Source: Octopus sinensis
Lineage: Eukaryota
NCBI RefSeq assembly: GCF_006345805.1
Contig: NC_043025.1
Location: 9,858,001 to 9,922,000 of the forward strand
Reading direction: 5' to 3'
DNA length: 64,000 nucleotides
In this document: in pieces, positions 25,842 through 64,000 of the stretch
Position numbering within the stretch: the first letter of the stretch is position 1
How the letters are laid out: each line of letters begins with the position of its first letter
The notes under the pieces: generated by a model
What the model was told of the DNA's origin: nothing
Seen by the model: the letters and a program-made list of their open reading frames with translations, nothing else
Databases searched by the model: none
Program-made: the position numbers and the translations under genes

Positions 25842-25897
25842 GTTTCAGTCCCACTCTTTTTGTATTGTCTTGTAACATTCACAGTCCTATATAGGAC

Positions 25898-27640
25898 GAG
25901 ATACTGTGATAGCCTGGGCTTCCGAGGCCCACAGCTCTTCAATATCCTCCCGAAGAACCTAAGAGACCTGCATGGGGTGGATGCAGATGTCTTTAAAATA
26001 AAACTGGATCTCTTCTTTAGTGCCAAGGACTCCAAATTTGCCATCAAGATGTAAGACAAGATACTGTGATAGCCTGGGCTTCAGAGGCCCACAGCTCTTC
26101 AATATCCTCCCGAAGAACCTGAGAGGCCTGCATAGGGTGGATGCAGATGTCTTTAAAATAAAACTGGATCTCTTCTTTAGTGCCAAGGACTCCAAATTTG
26201 CCATCAAGATGTAAGACAAGATACTGTGATAGCCTGGGCTTCAGAGGCCCACAGCTCTTCAATATCCTCCCGAAGAACCTGAGAGGCCTGCATAGGGTGG
26301 ATGCAGATGTCTTTAAAATAAAACTGGATCTCTTCTTTAGTGCCAAGGACTCCAAATTTGCCATCAAGATGTAAGACAAGATACTGTGATAGCCTGGGCT
26401 TCAGAGGCCCACAGCTCTTCAATATCCTCCCGAAGAACCTGAGAGGCCTGCATAGGGTGGATGCAGAGTCTTTAAAATAAAACTGGATCTTTCTTTAGTG
26501 CCAAGGACTCCAAATTTGCCATCAAGATGTAGACAAGATACTGTGATCCTGGGCTTCAGAGGCCCACAGCTCTTCAATATCCTCCCGAAGAACCTGAGAG
26601 GCCTGCATAGGGTGGATGCAGATGTCTTTAAAATAAAACTGGATCTCTTCTTGTGCCAAGGACTCCAAATTTGCCATCAAGATGTAAGACAAGATACTGT
26701 GATAGCCTGGGCTTCAGAGGCCCACAGCTCTTCAATATCCCCCGAAGAACCTGAGAGGCCTGCATGGGGTGGATGCAGATATCTTAAAATAAAACTGGAT
26801 CTCTTCTTTAGTGCCAAGGACTCCAAATTTGCCATCAAGATGTAAGACAAGATACTGTGATAGCCTGGGCTTCAGAGGCCCACAGCTCTTCAATATCCCC
26901 CGAAGAACCTGAGAGGCCTGCATGGGTGGATGCAGATATCTTAAAATAAAACTGGATCTCTTCTTTAGTGCCAAGGACTCCAAATTTGCCATCAAGATGT
27001 AAGACAAGATACTGTGATAGCCTGGGCTTCAGAGGCCCACAGCTTTCAATATCCTCCCGAAGAACCTGAGAGGCCTGCATAGGGTGGATGCAGATGTCTT
27101 TAAAATAAAACTGGATCTCTTCTTTAGTGCCAAGGACTCCAAATTTGCCATCAAGATGTAAGACAAGATACTGTGATAGCCTGGGCTTCAGAGGCCCACA
27201 GCTCTTCAATATCCTCCCGAAGAACCTGAGAGGCCTGCATAGGGTGGATGCAGATGTCTTTAAAATAAAACTGGATCTCTTCTTTAGTGCCAAGGACTCC
27301 AAATTTGCCATCAAGATGTAAGACAAGATACTGTGATAGCCTGGGCTTCAGAGGCCCACAGCTCTTCAATATCCTCCCGAAGAACCTAAGAGACCTGCAT
27401 GGAGTGGATGCAGATGTCTTTAAAATGAAACTGGATCTCTTCCTGTCAGGTGTCCCAGATAAACCAACTTCACGGCAGGAGATGCAGATGAGGGCAGCTG
27501 CATCGAACTCTCTCATGCACCAAATGGCAATTGCTAAAAAGCATTCGTGAAGTAAAATCATGTAGCAACACCAAATGGCGGTGCCCCAGCATGGCCACAG
27601 CTTGCGAGCTGAAACTAGATAAATTCCAAATTCCAAAATT
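25898..27640 (+). mobile_element. CR1/L2-group LINE 3' end with an internal 160-bp segment amplified about 9.5 times
   Basis: Unit encodes PRTPNLPSRCKTRYCDSLGFRGPQLFNILPKNLR...KLDLF; last copy runs into LSGVPDKPT...* and a 3' tail ggcggtgccccagcatggccacagc...gctgaaactag. Confidence 0.8.
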
Positions 27641-27771
27641 CCATATGGACCCTCAGTGATTAATAATTAAAAAGTTACCTTTATTATTATTTAAAATTTA
27701 TTTTGTGCTTGTTTATTTCCAGGTTAAATTTGTACAGCTTCAAACGTGAGCGAAAGACGCGGGGGGGAAAG

Positions 27772-63516
<35,745 letters not shown>

Positions 63517-64000
63517 GTATCTCTTTGTTTTTTTATTATCCCTCTTTCCTCCCTCGTCTTCTCGTTTTCTCTACGCCTAGTAGTTATTCTTGACAACCAC
63601 GAGGTTCTGGGTTTGTGGCACATAAAAAACACCATCCGATCGTGGCCGTTTGCCAGACTCGTCTGGCACGTAAAGAGCACCCACTACACTCAAGGGCACC
63701 CATCTGTAGAAACCATGCCACGGGTACGGAAGCCAGTTGGCTGCTCTGGCAACGATTCACATACATACAATTATATAGTGTATATATGTGCAGCTGTCAC
63801 AATGTAGACTCGAACCCAGAACCTCGTGGTTGTCAAGCAAACTTATTGACCATTTGACTACATTGTCTTCACAATGTCTTCTTCTATATATTGTCCTGTT
63901 CGCTGTACTCCTTTATATATAATATCCTATACTCTCAGCATATTCTTCTGTATAACGCCTCACTATATAGTACTCACTATACACTCTTCTGTAGTCATAT

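Noticed and set aside
25898-27430. CRISPR-like regularity, and A-to-G differences as an ADAR signature
   Set aside because: No unique spacers and eukaryotic LINE origin; only two A-to-G sites plus one G-to-A, too few to infer editing.

Overview
AT-rich, repeat-dense eukaryotic genomic DNA, almost certainly octopus (inferred from the SINE/MITE families and (TA)n load). It holds two head-to-head genes. On the minus strand is an acyl-CoA thioesterase/BAAT-family gene whose 446-aa CDS is a single exon (8626-9966). On the plus strand is the 5' ~60% of PRPF8: a probable non-coding first exon near 22.05-22.15 kb, then 25 coding exons from 27772 to 63516 (about 1407 codons, all GT-AG and phase-consistent), continuing past the window. 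The rest is tRNA-derived SINEs (four families), RTE and CR1/L2 LINE 3' fragments, MITEs, Helitron-like elements and micro/minisatellites. The main unexplained signal is about a dozen hammerhead-ribozyme motifs of the Penelope-like-element type, found by hand folding. They occur as solo type I motifs, a family-wide A6U core variant, fold-back palindromes whose centres lie in or beside the ribozyme, a terminally redundant 496-bp retrozyme-like insert, and two diverged families with strands in a non-circularly permuted (C-B-A) order supported by compensatory changes. Several lie in PRPF8 introns, two of them sense to the pre-mRNA. All folds are manual and untested.
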